Source of the DNA: Actinomycetes bacterium
GTDB taxonomy: Bacteria; Actinomycetota; JAICYB01
Direction: 5' to 3'
DNA: 64,000 nucleotides
Assembly: GCA_025934435.1 (NCBI GenBank)
Contig: JAICYB010000004.1
Location: 12,688 to 76,687, forward strand
Below the pieces are notes generated by a model, which did no database searches, was not told the DNA's origin, and worked only from the letters and a program-made list of their open reading frames with translations. Shown piece after piece: positions 38,344-51,615 of this stretch; the stretch's first letter is position 1; the number at the start of each line of letters is the position of its first letter. The translations under genes were made by a program, and so were the position numbers.

Positions 38344-38995
38344 AGAACAGGAGCGCACCACCGGCCGCGGCCAGCGCCACGGCGGCGATCGCGATCCCGA
38401 TCAGCGGACCACGGTTCGACTTGGTCGTCGTCCCGAAAGCGATCGGCGACGAGAACGGCGAACCGATCGGCGACACAGCCGCTCCGAGCGTGGCGACCGG
38501 TGTCGCGGTCGCCGTCGGTGAAGGCGGCGCGGTCGTCGGCGCCGCCGTTCGAGCGACGGGAGCGACCGTCGGCTTGGCCGTCGGGGTTGCCGTCTTCGGC
38601 GGCAGCGTCACCTTCGGGGTCGGTGTCGCGGCCTTCGGTTCGACGATCACCTTGCCGTGCATGCTGCTGTGCACCGTGCAGTGATAGAGGAACGTGCCGG
38701 CCTTGTTGAAGGAGACGGAGAAGCGGTCGCCGGGCGCCATGCATCCGCTCATCACACTCGGAGAGCACGTCTGACCGGCCTTCGTCGAATTGAAGCTGCC
38801 GTCGTCGGCCGTGACGCTGTGGCCGGTGCTCGTGTCGTTGTTCGTCCACGTCACCTTGTCGCCGAACTTCACGGTGATCGTCGACGGGTTGTACTGGATG
38901 TTCTTGATGCTGACGTTCGCCGTCGCGGCGAAGGCCGGCAGGCAGATCAGCGCGACGACGCAGACGGCGAAGGCAACCACCAGTCGTTTCGTCAT
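38318..38995 (-). CDS. secreted cupredoxin-domain protein with Pro/Thr-rich linker and C-terminal membrane anchor
   Basis: Signal peptide; plastocyanin-like ligands (H...YHCTVHSSMHG); PT-rich linker; C-terminal TM plus RTRGTRP basic tail. Confidence 0.7.
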   Translation of the reverse strand: MTKRLVVAFAVCVVALICLPAFAATANVSIKNIQYNPSTITVKFGDKVTWTNNDTSTGHSVTADDGSFNSTKAGQTCSPSVMSGCMAPGDRFSVSFNKAGTFLYHCTVHSSMHGKVIVEPKAATPTPKVTLPPKTATPTAKPTVAPVARTAAPTTAPPSPTATATPVATLGAAVSPIGSPFSSPIAFGTTTKSNRGPLIGIAIAAVALAAAGGALLFFRTRGTRP

Positions 38996-39306
38996 AGGAG
39001 GTCGTCCAACGACTTCTTCTTCTTGGGCTCCCGTGCCATGAGGTCTCCGAGGTCACCTTTCGGTTTCGTTGCTTCTTCCGACAATCGGGCTTCGAGCTGC
39101 GCCGACTTCCCCTTGATATCCCCCGCCGCTTCCATCAACTCCTCGAGCGACTTCCGTGGCCCGCCCTCGATACGGATCCGGAGCGCCGCGAGGACGTCCG
39201 CGTGCCGGTCGATCAGCCCCTGCGTCCGGTCGATCTCCGCGAGCACCGCCTCCGCCTTCCGCAGCAGGCCAAGATCCGCATCGTCTTGCTTGGCTTTCTC
39301 CGCCAC
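38992..39306 (-). CDS. hypothetical coiled-coil protein
   Basis: 104-aa charged, helical-looking ORF; ATGA overlap with the downstream cupredoxin gene. Confidence 0.35.
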   Translation of the reverse strand: MAEKAKQDDADLGLLRKAEAVLAEIDRTQGLIDRHADVLAALRIRIEGGPRKSLEELMEAAGDIKGKSAQLEARLSEEATKPKGDLGDLMAREPKKKKSLDDLL

Positions 39307-39368
39307 GCTCCCAGCCTATCGGCTTGCTGAGGCCCGTTACCCTTGATGGTCCGAGAGGGGGCTTTGAG

Positions 39369-40830
39369 TTGACGAGAGAACGCCTGACACCTGCCGACGC
39401 GATGTTCCTCCACCTGGAGGACGACGTCACGCACATGCATGTCGCCTCGGTGACGATCTTCGAAGGTTCGGTCGATTACACCGAAGCCGTCGAACATCTG
39501 CGCAAGCGACTCCACCTCGTTCCTCGCTTCCGTCAACGACTCGCATCCGTTCCGCTCGGAGCGGGCCGTCCCGTGTGGGTGGACGATCCTCATTTCAATC
39601 TCGAATACCACCTTCGTCACACCGCGCTCCCCGAACCGGGATCGGAGGAACAGCTCAAGAACCTGACCGGACGGCTCATGTCCCAACAGCTCGACCGGAC
39701 GAAGCCCCTCTGGGAGATCTGGCTCGTCGACAAGCTCGCGGGCAACCGGTTCGCGATGATCAGCAAGACGCACCACTGCCTCGTCGACGGCGTCTCCGGT
39801 GCGGACATCACCGCCGTCCTCCTCGATCTCGAAGCCGATCCGCCCGACGTGGAGCAGCAGCCGTGGACACCGGAACCGGAGCCGACTCCCGCGCAGCTCC
39901 TCACCGAAGCCCTCGTCGAGCGCGCAACGGAACCGGTGGAGATCGCACGTAACATCCGCCGCACGCTGCGGACGCCCCGCCGGATCGCGAAGCAGGCGAC
40001 GGACGTCCTCGAAGCACTCGGCGCACTCGCGTGGGCGGGCCTGAATCCCGCCCCGCACACGGCGCTGAACGTCCCGATCGGCCCCCACCGTCGCGTCGAA
40101 TTCGTGCGGGCGTCGCTCGCCGACTTCAAAGCGATCAAGAACGTGCTCGGTGGCACGGTGAACGACGTCGTACTCGCCGTCGTGACCGGTGCGCTCCGTC
40201 GGTTCCTCCAGCACCGCGGCGTCGACGTCCGCGGTCTCGAGATGAAGGCCATGGTGCCGGTGTCGACGCGCGCCGAAGAGCAGCAAGGCGCGCTCGGCAA
40301 CCGCGTCACGGCGATGGCGGCTCCGCTCCCCGTCTACGAAGAGGAGCCCGCGCTGCGTCTCGCGATCGTCCGCGAGTCGATGAAGGACGTGAAAGAGAGC
40401 AAGCAGGCCGTCGGCGCCGAGATGATCACCTCGCTCTCCGGTTTCGCGCCTCCGACGATCCTCGGTCAAGCCGCGCGTCTGCAGAACAACCAACGCTTCT
40501 TCAACCTGCTCGTGACGAACGTCCCCGGCCCCCAGTTCCCACTGTGGTCGGGCGGACATCCGCTCATCGATCTCTTCCCGATCGCACCGCTCTCGTCGAA
40601 CCAGGCACTGAACGTGGCCGTCATGTCGTACAACGGCCAGTTCGGCTTCGGTCTGCTCGCCGATTACGACGCGATCCCCGACCTCGGCGTGTTCGCCGAG
40701 GGCCTCGAGAAGTCGATCGGCGAGCTCCTCCAAGCCGCGGAAGAGATCAGTGCGCGTGGTTCGTCCGACGGAGCCGCGGTGATGGACGAAGCCGCCATCG
40801 CCGAAGCAGCGGATCGCGAAGTTTCACCGC

Positions 40831-40838
<8 letters not shown>
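39369..40838 (+). CDS. wax ester synthase / acyl-CoA:diacylglycerol acyltransferase (WS/DGAT)
   Basis: Catalytic HHCLVDG (HHxxxDG) motif; ~489 aa from a TTG (alternative ATG at 39402). The track ORF 39156..40838 is over-extended. Confidence 0.8.
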
Positions 40839-41521
<683 letters not shown>

Positions 41522-42760
41522 CTAGCCTCCCGTACCCGCCGCGTAGGCGGTCTCCCCGTGCTGCGAGAGGTCGAGTCCGACGTTCTCCTCATCCACAGTT
41601 ACCCGGAGACCGATCGTCCAGTCGACCGCCTTCAGGATGATGAAGCTGAGCGCGAATGACCAACCGGTCACGATCAACGAGGCAAGCGCCTGCTTGCCGA
41701 CCTGCGTGAACGTCCCCGAGTAGACAAGGCCGACCTTCGCAGCGAACACGCCGGTCAGCAGAGCGCCGACGAGGCCTCCCACGTAATGGACCCCGACGAC
41801 GTCGAGCGCGTCGTCGTAGTTGAACCGTCGCTTCAGGTTCACGGCGAAATAGCAGATGAACCCGGCCAGTCCGCCGATCACGAGCGCCGCCCACGGCCGG
41901 ACGAATCCCGACGCCGGCGTGATCGCGACGAGTCCGGCGACCGCGCCGGTCGCGGCGCCGACGGTCGTCGGCTTGCCGTGCTCGGCCCACTCGGGGATCA
42001 GCCATCCGAAGATCGCAGCCGCCGCCGCGAGGTGCGTGTTCGTGAACGCGAGAGCGGCGAGCGCGCCGGACGCGAGCGCGCTCCCACCGTTGAACCCGAA
42101 CCATCCGAACCAAAGGATCGACGCACCGAGCACGACGTAGGGCACGTTGTGGGGGACGAACTCACCCTCCGGCCATCCCTTCCGCTTGCCGAGGACGAGG
42201 ATCGCCGCGAGCGCGGCGATACCTGCGTTCTGATGGACGACGGTCCCACCGGCGAAATCGAGTGCGCCGAGACCGTGGGGGCCGAGGAGCCCGTTACCCC
42301 AGACCCAATGTGCGACCGGCGCGTACACGACGAGCACCCACACGGCGGTGAAGATGACGTACGCACTGAACTTGAACCGCTCGGCATATGCGCCCGCGAT
42401 GAGTGCGGGCGTGATCACCGCGAACATCATCTGGTACGACGCATACGCGAGATGCGGCACGGTCGGCGCGAGTCCGATCGGGGCCGCGCCGACGTTCCGG
42501 AAACCGAGGAAGTCCAGTCCGCCGATCCAGCCGCCGTTCCCGATCGCTTTCCCGATGTCGGGACCGAACGCAAGAGTGTGCCCGATCAGCACCCAGAGCA
42601 CTGTGACGATGCCGAGGGCCATGAAGCAGTACATGATCGTCGACAGGACGTTCGTCGTCCGGACGAGGCCCCCGTAGAAGAACGCCAGACCCGGCGTCAT
42701 GAACATGACGAGCGCCGCCGAAGCGAGCAGCCACGCCGTATCACCCGCACTGATATGCAT
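41522..42760 (-). CDS. amt: ammonium transporter
   Basis: 412 aa from ATG 42760; Amt/MEP signatures (DFAGGTVVH, twin-His). The track ORF 41522..43684 is over-extended through glnK2. Confidence 0.9.
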   Translation of the reverse strand: MHISAGDTAWLLASAALVMFMTPGLAFFYGGLVRTTNVLSTIMYCFMALGIVTVLWVLIGHTLAFGPDIGKAIGNGGWIGGLDFLGFRNVGAAPIGLAPTVPHLAYASYQMMFAVITPALIAGAYAERFKFSAYVIFTAVWVLVVYAPVAHWVWGNGLLGPHGLGALDFAGGTVVHQNAGIAALAAILVLGKRKGWPEGEFVPHNVPYVVLGASILWFGWFGFNGGSALASGALAALAFTNTHLAAAAAIFGWLIPEWAEHGKPTTVGAATGAVAGLVAITPASGFVRPWAALVIGGLAGFICYFAVNLKRRFNYDDALDVVGVHYVGGLVGALLTGVFAAKVGLVYSGTFTQVGKQALASLIVTGWSFALSFIILKAVDWTIGLRVTVDEENVGLDLSQHGETAYAAGTGG

Positions 42761-42785
42761 GCCCACCGACTTTCTAGCACAAAGA

Positions 42786-42817
42786 AGGGGCGCGGCCTCC
42801 GAAGAAGCCGCGCCCCT
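42786..42817 (-). terminator. GC-rich hairpin downstream of glnK copy 2 (intrinsic terminator candidate)
   Basis: 10-bp stem aggggcgcgg / ccgcgcccct with a 12-nt loop, followed on the minus strand by a T-rich tract; sits ~25 nt upstream of the amt copy-1 start. Confidence 0.5.
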
Positions 42818-42831
42818 CGAACCGTTCGAAC

Positions 42832-43179
<348 letters not shown>

Positions 43180-44808
43180 CTAACTCACCGACTCGGACGA
43201 CTGCGAACTGCGGGGCTTCGTCGCGGCGACCTCGTCTGGACGAAGCGCTCCGGACGACTGGTGCAACACGAAGTCCGGGTAGCACGCCGCACCGAACTCC
43301 GGCACGTCGAGACCTTCGATCTCGGCCTCGGGCGACACACGAACCTGCGCGAACATCTTCCAGATGGAGAACAGGATGAACATCATGCCGAACGCCCAGA
43401 TGAAACCGACGACGACGTCGACGACCTGCGCACCGAACTGTCCGAAGTCGCCGTAGAGAAGACCCTTCACGTTGCCGGCGACGCCGTTCCAACCGGCACC
43501 GTACGTGCCGTCGGCGAAGATGCCCGTGCACAGCACACCGAACGCGCCGCACACGCCGTGCACGGAGATCGCACCGCAGGGGTCGTCCACCTTCATGCGG
43601 TCCCAGAAGTAGACGCTTCCGACCACGATGAATCCCGCCATCGTTCCGATCAGTGCCGCGGCCCAGGGCGCGATGAACGCACACGGAGCCGTCACGGCGA
43701 CGAGGCCGGCGAGCATCCCGTTACACGACATCGAGATGTCCGGCTTGCCTTGCGTCCAGTTCGTGACGGCCATCGCCACGATGAAGCCGAAGCACGCGGC
43801 GAGCAGCGTGTTGACGGCGACGATCGAGATACGGAGGTCCGTCCCACCGAGCGTCGACCCCGGGTTGAACCCCATCCAACCGAACACGAGGATGAGCGTC
43901 CCGAGGACCACGTAGCCGATGTTGTGTCCGGGGAACGCGTGCGGCCTGCCGTCTTTGTCGAACTTCCCGATGCGCGGACCGAGCACGATCGCGAGCGCCA
44001 GTGCGGCCCATCCTCCCGTCGCGTGCACCACCCCCGAACCGGCGAAGTCCACCGCGCCGTGTCCCAAGTGATACGTCTGGCCGAGGTGTGCGAGGAAACC
44101 GCCGCCCCACACCCAGTTGCCGAAGATCGGGTAGATCACCGCGCCGATGCAGATCTCCGCGAAGATGAATCCCGCGAAGCTGATCCGCTCGGCGATGGCG
44201 CCGACGATGATGTAACCGGCCGTCTCCATGAAGACGACTTCGAACAGGAACAGACACGCCGTACCGACGTCGTAGGTGTGTCCGCTCTGCAGGAAGAAGC
44301 CCTTGAGTCCGATGAGGCCCCAGTTCCCGGTGGGGAACAGGTGGGATAACGGCGCAACACCGCCCAGGTTCGCTATCGGAGCGATCCCGCCGAACTGGAA
44401 CGCGAAACCGACGACGTAGTACGCGACGAACGCGATCGCGAACGCCGCGATATTCATCATCATCATGTGGGACGCGTTCTTCGCGCGCGTGAGGCCTGTG
44501 ACGAGCATCGCGAAACCGACCTGCATGAACAGGACGAGGAAGCCCGTCATGAGCGTCCACATGAAGTTGATGGACACCCGTGCGTGGCCCGCTTCGTTCG
44601 CGAGCTGGTTCACGCCGACCTGCGAGATCTGCACGCCCTTCGCGAACGAGTCGGCCGCCACTCCCGTCGCCGTGCCTGTGGCGTCGCCGGTGTGGTGGTT
44701 GAACATCGCCCCGACGACGATGAGTGCTATGAACGTCAGCACCGACAGCGCTACGAGCTTCTTGCCGTTCGACAAGTGTGCCTCCCTGTCCTGGACCGGC
44801 CACGGCAT
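43180..44808 (-). CDS. amt: ammonium transporter (copy 2, with N- and C-terminal extensions)
   Basis: 542 aa; Amt signatures (DFAGSGVVH...); ~50-aa C-terminal tail. Confidence 0.85.
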   Translation of the reverse strand: MPWPVQDREAHLSNGKKLVALSVLTFIALIVVGAMFNHHTGDATGTATGVAADSFAKGVQISQVGVNQLANEAGHARVSINFMWTLMTGFLVLFMQVGFAMLVTGLTRAKNASHMMMMNIAAFAIAFVAYYVVGFAFQFGGIAPIANLGGVAPLSHLFPTGNWGLIGLKGFFLQSGHTYDVGTACLFLFEVVFMETAGYIIVGAIAERISFAGFIFAEICIGAVIYPIFGNWVWGGGFLAHLGQTYHLGHGAVDFAGSGVVHATGGWAALALAIVLGPRIGKFDKDGRPHAFPGHNIGYVVLGTLILVFGWMGFNPGSTLGGTDLRISIVAVNTLLAACFGFIVAMAVTNWTQGKPDISMSCNGMLAGLVAVTAPCAFIAPWAAALIGTMAGFIVVGSVYFWDRMKVDDPCGAISVHGVCGAFGVLCTGIFADGTYGAGWNGVAGNVKGLLYGDFGQFGAQVVDVVVGFIWAFGMMFILFSIWKMFAQVRVSPEAEIEGLDVPEFGAACYPDFVLHQSSGALRPDEVAATKPRSSQSSESVS

Positions 44809-44860
44809 CCCGCGCCGGAACGGACAGTAGGCGGTGAATGTGTCCTGACCTTTGCCCTTT

Positions 44861-44876
44861 GTTACAGCGGTGTTAC
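44861..44876 (-). promoter_or_regulatory. GTTAC-n6-GTTAC direct repeat upstream of amt copy 2 (GlnR-box-like operator candidate)
   Basis: gttacagcggtgttac, with 11-bp periodicity, in the 144-bp glnK3-amt2 intergenic region. Confidence 0.4.
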
Positions 44877-44952
44877 GGGTTGGACGCGCGTCGAGACCGC
44901 CCGGAAGGCACTCCGGACGGCCTGAACGCGCTGGTCGTCGGACCTCTTCTTG

Positions 44953-46856
<1,904 letters not shown>

Positions 46857-46901
46857 GCGGACGAACCTATGGAACGCGCATTTCCCGTCCGTGTCGGAGT
46901 G

Positions 46902-46920
46902 TTAAGAGCACGTTAAGAGG
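46902..46920 (-). promoter_or_regulatory. GTTAAGAG-n3-GTTAAGAG direct repeat upstream of amt copy 3 (nitrogen-regulator operator candidate)
   Basis: Perfect 8-bp direct repeat with 11-bp periodicity, ~45 bp upstream of the amt3 start codon. Confidence 0.4.
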
Positions 46921-46997
46921 GTGTAGCGGTACGATTCCGATCCGGGAGTGCCGGGAAGCCTGGTCGGCACCGATGCAGCGTGCGACCAGGAGGAACG

Positions 46998-48227
46998 ATG
47001 AAAGTCTCGCTTCACACCAAGGAAGCTCTCCGGACGAATCTCTGGTTCGTACCGGCATGTCTCGTCGCTTCGGCCGTCGCGCTCTTCGTGGTGACGGCAA
47101 TGGTCGACCGGTCGGGCCTCGTCCATTCGAAGATCGCCGCCGACGCCGGCCGGCAGATCCTGACGGCCATGGGCGCGGCCGTCATCACCGTCGTCGGGCT
47201 CGTGTTCTCGATCGTCATCGTGGCGTTGACCTTGGCGGCGACGCAGTTCGGTCCCCGGATGCTGCGCAACTTCATCCGCGACCGCGGGACACAGTTCACG
47301 CTCGGGGCGTTCGTCGCGACGTTCGTCTACTGCGTCTTGTCGCTGGCGACGAACGTGCGGCTTTCCGTGTGGGTCGCGTTCGCGCTCGTGCTCGTTGACT
47401 CCGTTCTTCTCATCTACTTCATCCATCACATCGCCCGGTCGATCCAGCTTCCGGTCGTCGTCGCCGACATCGCCGCCGACCTGAAGCACGCGATCGACGC
47501 GCACGCCGGGCACGAGAAGCCGCCCGAACTGCCGGACGGAGCACCGATCGTCGCGCGAACGAGCGGGTACCTGCAGTTCGTAGAGCACGACCGGTTGGTA
47601 CGCATCGCCGTGGAAGAAGACGCCGTCGTACGGTTGCTCTATCGACCGGGGCATTTCGTGACGAGCGGATCCGCATTCGCGATCGTCGATCCGCCCACTG
47701 CGGCCGCCGCCTTCGAACGCGAGCTGGACCGCGCGCACATCACCGGTCCGTACCGAACGCTCGCCCAAGACCTCACCTTCGCGATCGATCAGATCGTCGA
47801 GATCGCGATACGCGCACTGTCCCCCGCGGTCAACGACACGTTCACCGCGATGACGTGCGTCGACTGGCTCGGTGACGGGCTGTCGGATATCACGACGCGC
47901 GGACTCGAACCGCTGATCCATCGCGACCGCGGCGGTGTCGTCCGCGTCGTCGATGCGACGATCGGCTACGACCGTATCGTCGACCGCGCGTTCGACAAGA
48001 TCCGTCAAGCCGGTGTCGGCATGCCCGCGATCGCGATCCGTCAGCTGGCGATGCTTGCGCGCGTCATGCGCGTCGCGACCACGAATGAGCAGCGAGACGT
48101 CCTGCAGTCGCAGGCGGACATGATCCTGCGATCGAGCGAGTCGTCCATACCGGAAAGAAACGATCGAGCGGACGTGCGCCGCCGTTATGACGCCGTGCTC
48201 GAGGCAGCTGCCCTCGGAGCGCGGTAG
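46998..48227 (+). CDS. DUF2254-family membrane protein
   Basis: N-terminal TM bundle then a soluble domain; ATG preceded by an AGGAGGA RBS. The track start 46980 (GTG) would place the RBS inside the ORF. Confidence 0.55.
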   Translation: MKVSLHTKEALRTNLWFVPACLVASAVALFVVTAMVDRSGLVHSKIAADAGRQILTAMGAAVITVVGLVFSIVIVALTLAATQFGPRMLRNFIRDRGTQFTLGAFVATFVYCVLSLATNVRLSVWVAFALVLVDSVLLIYFIHHIARSIQLPVVVADIAADLKHAIDAHAGHEKPPELPDGAPIVARTSGYLQFVEHDRLVRIAVEEDAVVRLLYRPGHFVTSGSAFAIVDPPTAAAAFERELDRAHITGPYRTLAQDLTFAIDQIVEIAIRALSPAVNDTFTAMTCVDWLGDGLSDITTRGLEPLIHRDRGGVVRVVDATIGYDRIVDRAFDKIRQAGVGMPAIAIRQLAMLARVMRVATTNEQRDVLQSQADMILRSSESSIPERNDRADVRRRYDAVLEAAALGAR

Positions 48228-48451
48228 GACGACCGCGCGGCACCCTCACCGAACCCATCATCGACTCGTACCGCGACATCACCGACCTCAGCGAACCGTT
48301 CCAACTCGACGACTTGTCGGGCTCGACCTATGTCAACAACGTCTACGAGGTGCCCGGACGCGCCATCACAGTGACGGCCCACTGCGTGCCCGGGCCGTGC
48401 GATCAGCTCGACCTGCTGATCTCGGGCAGATCCAACGCGTAACGTTCCTAT

Positions 48452-49381
48452 GTGATCTCGCGTTGGTGGTGGGGCCCGACGACGGCCGGTCAGCTCTGGG
48501 TGAAGGACCGGTCCGTGCGGTCTTTCGACGGCGCGACCATCCGTTACTGCGTGCGTGGTTCGTCCGGCCCCGTGGTTGCGCTGTGCGCCGGATTCGTCTG
48601 CGCGGATTCGTATTGGAAGTACCTCGTGCCCGCTCTCGAGACCGATCACCGCGTGATCGTTTTCAACTACCGCGGCATCGGTGTGTCGGAGCTGCCTCGG
48701 CCGCCGGGATTCCACACGCACGCGATCCGTCCCGACGATCTGAGCATCGAGGTCAACGCGAAGGACCTCCGGGCGATCCTCGATGCCGAAGGCGTCGACC
48801 AAGCAGCGCTCATCGGACACTCGATGGGCGTCCAGGTGATCCTCGAGGCGTACGAGCAGTACGCCGGGCGCGTCGCCGCTCTGGTCTCGATCGCCGGCCC
48901 ATACGAGACGCCGCTGCGTACGTTCTACGGCACGGACGCGAGCGCGCGACTCGCACCTGTCGCTCTACCTTTGCTGCATCTCCTTCCGCGTCTTTCGCTG
49001 CTCGCATGGCGCGGGATCGTCAACAGTCCCCTCTCCTACGACGCGGGACGGCTCGCTCGCGCGATCGGCTCCCGGACGAAGAGATCGGACATGACCGGCT
49101 ACTTCGATCACGTGTCGCGGATCGACCCGCTGATCATCTCGAAGATGATCCGCGGCATGCACGCGCACAGCGCCGAGTCGTTGCTCCCGAAGATCGACGT
49201 TCCCGTCCTCATCTGCCACGGCACGGCCGACCCGTTCACGCCGATCGGCGTCGCACGCGAGATGGCCGACCGCATCCGCGGCGCGAAGCTCGTCGTCTTC
49301 GAGGACGGATCACACACGCTCCCCATCGAATATCCGGACGAGATCGCCTCCGAGGTGCGCGCGTTCCTCAGCTCGCTTTGA
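48452..49381 (+). CDS. alpha/beta-fold hydrolase
   Basis: GHSMG nucleophile elbow; C-terminal Asp/His (ICHGTADP...GSHTL). Confidence 0.7.
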   Translation: MISRWWWGPTTAGQLWVKDRSVRSFDGATIRYCVRGSSGPVVALCAGFVCADSYWKYLVPALETDHRVIVFNYRGIGVSELPRPPGFHTHAIRPDDLSIEVNAKDLRAILDAEGVDQAALIGHSMGVQVILEAYEQYAGRVAALVSIAGPYETPLRTFYGTDASARLAPVALPLLHLLPRLSLLAWRGIVNSPLSYDAGRLARAIGSRTKRSDMTGYFDHVSRIDPLIISKMIRGMHAHSAESLLPKIDVPVLICHGTADPFTPIGVAREMADRIRGAKLVVFEDGSHTLPIEYPDEIASEVRAFLSSL

Positions 49382-50228
49382 CCTTCGTCCCTTCGGGGAC
49401 AGGACCGAGCGTCGCGGACGCATCACCGGCGCCGAGGACTGCGCCTTCGGCGAGTTCGCTCCGGGCCATGCCGATCCCGACCAGGCCGAATCGCGGGGAG
49501 GACGCGAACGACGTGACGCGTCCGACGCTTTCGCCGTCGAGCGTGAGGTCGGTCCCGGGAGTCGTTTCCCGATCGAAGCGAAGCGTCCGAAGCACTTTGT
49601 TGATGTGTCCGCGGAAGTGGATGCGCGCGACGGTTTCCTGCCCGACGTAACAGCCCTTCTCCATCGCGAGCGTCCGGGTGAGACCGGCTTCCTGCGGGAG
49701 CGTGCGAACTTCGTAGTCGACGCCGTAGCGCGCGACGCCGGCTTCGATACGAAGCAGTTCGTACAGCTCGAGTGGTGCGTCCGGCGTGTCGTCGCTTCCG
49801 AACCGATCGATGATCGGGACCTCACCGAGCGAACGTGGAAACGACACGGGCACGAACCCGTCGCCCGCGGCGCCGAGGAGCGTACGCAGTGGGTCGTCGC
49901 GCAGCTCGATCTCGACTTTCGTCCGGAACCGCCGCGAGACGAACCAGTCGGCAAGCCTCGCGCCGTACGCGGGCTCGTCGGCGATCCAGATCTCCTCGCC
50001 GGCGATCCCACAGAAGAAGTGCGCGAAGACACGTCCCTTCTCATCGAGGAGGCAGGACTCGACCACGTCGCCCGGCGACGCGCCCTCGATATCGGCCGTC
50101 ACCGTGTTCTGCAGGAACCAGTCCCGCTGGGGACCGGCCAGGCGGATCAGACGCGAGACAGGCGGATGCTCGACGCACACGACACCGCCGCCGGTCACGA
50201 TGTCGTAGGCGTCGGCGAGCGTCCTCAC
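49368..50228 (-). CDS. YgfZ-type folate-binding protein (GcvT-like fold)
   Basis: KGCYVGQE signature near the C-terminal third. Confidence 0.6.
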   Translation of the reverse strand: MRTLADAYDIVTGGGVVCVEHPPVSRLIRLAGPQRDWFLQNTVTADIEGASPGDVVESCLLDEKGRVFAHFFCGIAGEEIWIADEPAYGARLADWFVSRRFRTKVEIELRDDPLRTLLGAAGDGFVPVSFPRSLGEVPIIDRFGSDDTPDAPLELYELLRIEAGVARYGVDYEVRTLPQEAGLTRTLAMEKGCYVGQETVARIHFRGHINKVLRTLRFDRETTPGTDLTLDGESVGRVTSFASSPRFGLVGIGMARSELAEGAVLGAGDASATLGPVPEGTKVKAS

Positions 50229-50250
50229 GCGTCAACGCTAACCTGAGTTC

Positions 50251-51615
50251 GTGCTACGCCTGCGGAACGAGCTCACGCGTGAGGTGGAAGACGTTCCGGT
50301 GCGCGACGGCGTCGTCCGTATGTACTCGTGCGGGCCCACGGTCTACCGGCCGCAGCACATCGGCAACATGCGGTCGTTCCTGCTCCCCGACCTCATCGCG
50401 CGGACACTTCGTGTCCACGGCGTCGAGGTCCGGCGTTTGATGAACATCACCGACGTCGGACACATGACCGACGAGCTGTCCGAAGCCGGCCGCGACAAGA
50501 TGCTCCTCGCAGCCGACGACGAAGGTCTCACGACCCAGGGCATCGCGGAGAAGTACACGCAGCTCTTCCTCGACCACACCGACGCGATCAATATCGTCCG
50601 CGCCGACCTCTATCCGAAAGCGACCGAGCACATCGCCCAGATCATCGAAGTCGTCACGAAGCTGATCGAGCGCGGACACGCCTACGAGATCGAAGGCAGC
50701 ATCTACTACGACGTCACGACGTTCCCGGCGTACGGCGCGCTGTCCGGGCAGTCACTCGATGCGATGCGTGCGGCGCACCGCCTCGATGCCGTCGATCCGC
50801 GCAAGCGCAACCATCAGGATTTCGTCCTGTGGGTCCACGCCGGTCCGCGCCGCGAGCTCGTCTACGGCTCGCCCTGGGGGCCGGGGTACCCCGGCTGGCA
50901 CATCGAATGTTCGGCGATGTCGCTCCATCACTTCGGCGAGCGGTTCGAGATCCACACCGGCGGCATCGACAATCGCTTCCCCCACCACGAAGACGAGATC
51001 GCGCAATCCGAAGGTGCGGTCGGGCATCGCGTCGTCGACATGTGGGTCTACGGCGAGCACCTGCTCATGGGCAGCGCGAAGATGGCGAAGTCCGCCGGCA
51101 ACGTCGTGACGATCGGCACGCTCATCGAGCGCGGCTACGACCCGCTGGCCTTCCGCTATCTCTGCTTCAACGGACGCTACCGCCGTCAGGTCGATTTCAC
51201 CGACGACGCACTCGATTCGGCGGCGACGACGCTTCGCCGATTGCGGGAGCGCATCGCCATGCTGGGCCCGCCGTCGACGACGGTGAACGAGACATATGAC
51301 AACAGGTTCATGGCCGCCGTCGACGACGACCTCGATCTTCCGGCCGCGGTGAAGGTGCTGCACGAAGCCTTGTCGGACGAATCCGTGCCGCCGTCCGAGC
51401 GTTCCGCACTCGTCGCACGCTGGGACGCCATCCTCGGTCTCGACCTCGCGCCGGACGCATCACTCGACGACGAACTCACGTCTCTCATCGCCGAGCGCGA
51501 AGAGGCGCGGCGAGCGAAAGACTTCGCGCGTGCCGACGCGATCAGGGACCGGCTGCGTGAGCGAGGGATCGAACTTCTCGATTCAGGGCAGGGAACGACG
51601 TGGGTACGTCGCTAA
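50251..51615 (+). CDS. cysS: cysteine--tRNA ligase (class I); an MshC-type cysteine ligase paralogue is not excluded
   Basis: MYSCGPTVY...HIGN; KMAKS (KMSKS) motif; zinc/cysteine-binding Cys and His residues; 454 aa, closer to CysRS than to the shorter MshC. Confidence 0.75.
   Translation: MLRLRNELTREVEDVPVRDGVVRMYSCGPTVYRPQHIGNMRSFLLPDLIARTLRVHGVEVRRLMNITDVGHMTDELSEAGRDKMLLAADDEGLTTQGIAEKYTQLFLDHTDAINIVRADLYPKATEHIAQIIEVVTKLIERGHAYEIEGSIYYDVTTFPAYGALSGQSLDAMRAAHRLDAVDPRKRNHQDFVLWVHAGPRRELVYGSPWGPGYPGWHIECSAMSLHHFGERFEIHTGGIDNRFPHHEDEIAQSEGAVGHRVVDMWVYGEHLLMGSAKMAKSAGNVVTIGTLIERGYDPLAFRYLCFNGRYRRQVDFTDDALDSAATTLRRLRERIAMLGPPSTTVNETYDNRFMAAVDDDLDLPAAVKVLHEALSDESVPPSERSALVARWDAILGLDLAPDASLDDELTSLIAEREEARRAKDFARADAIRDRLRERGIELLDSGQGTTWVRR

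Noticed and set aside
48228-48451. Stop-free ~72-codon stretch after the DUF2254 stop (-1 frame) that reads like protein (...YRDITDLSEPFQLDDLSGSTYVNNVYEVPGRAITVTAHCVPGPCDQ...)
   Set aside because: No start codon with an RBS. In a ~68% GC genome, open stretches of this size are frequent. It could be a frameshifted C-terminal extension, but I cannot support it from sequence alone.
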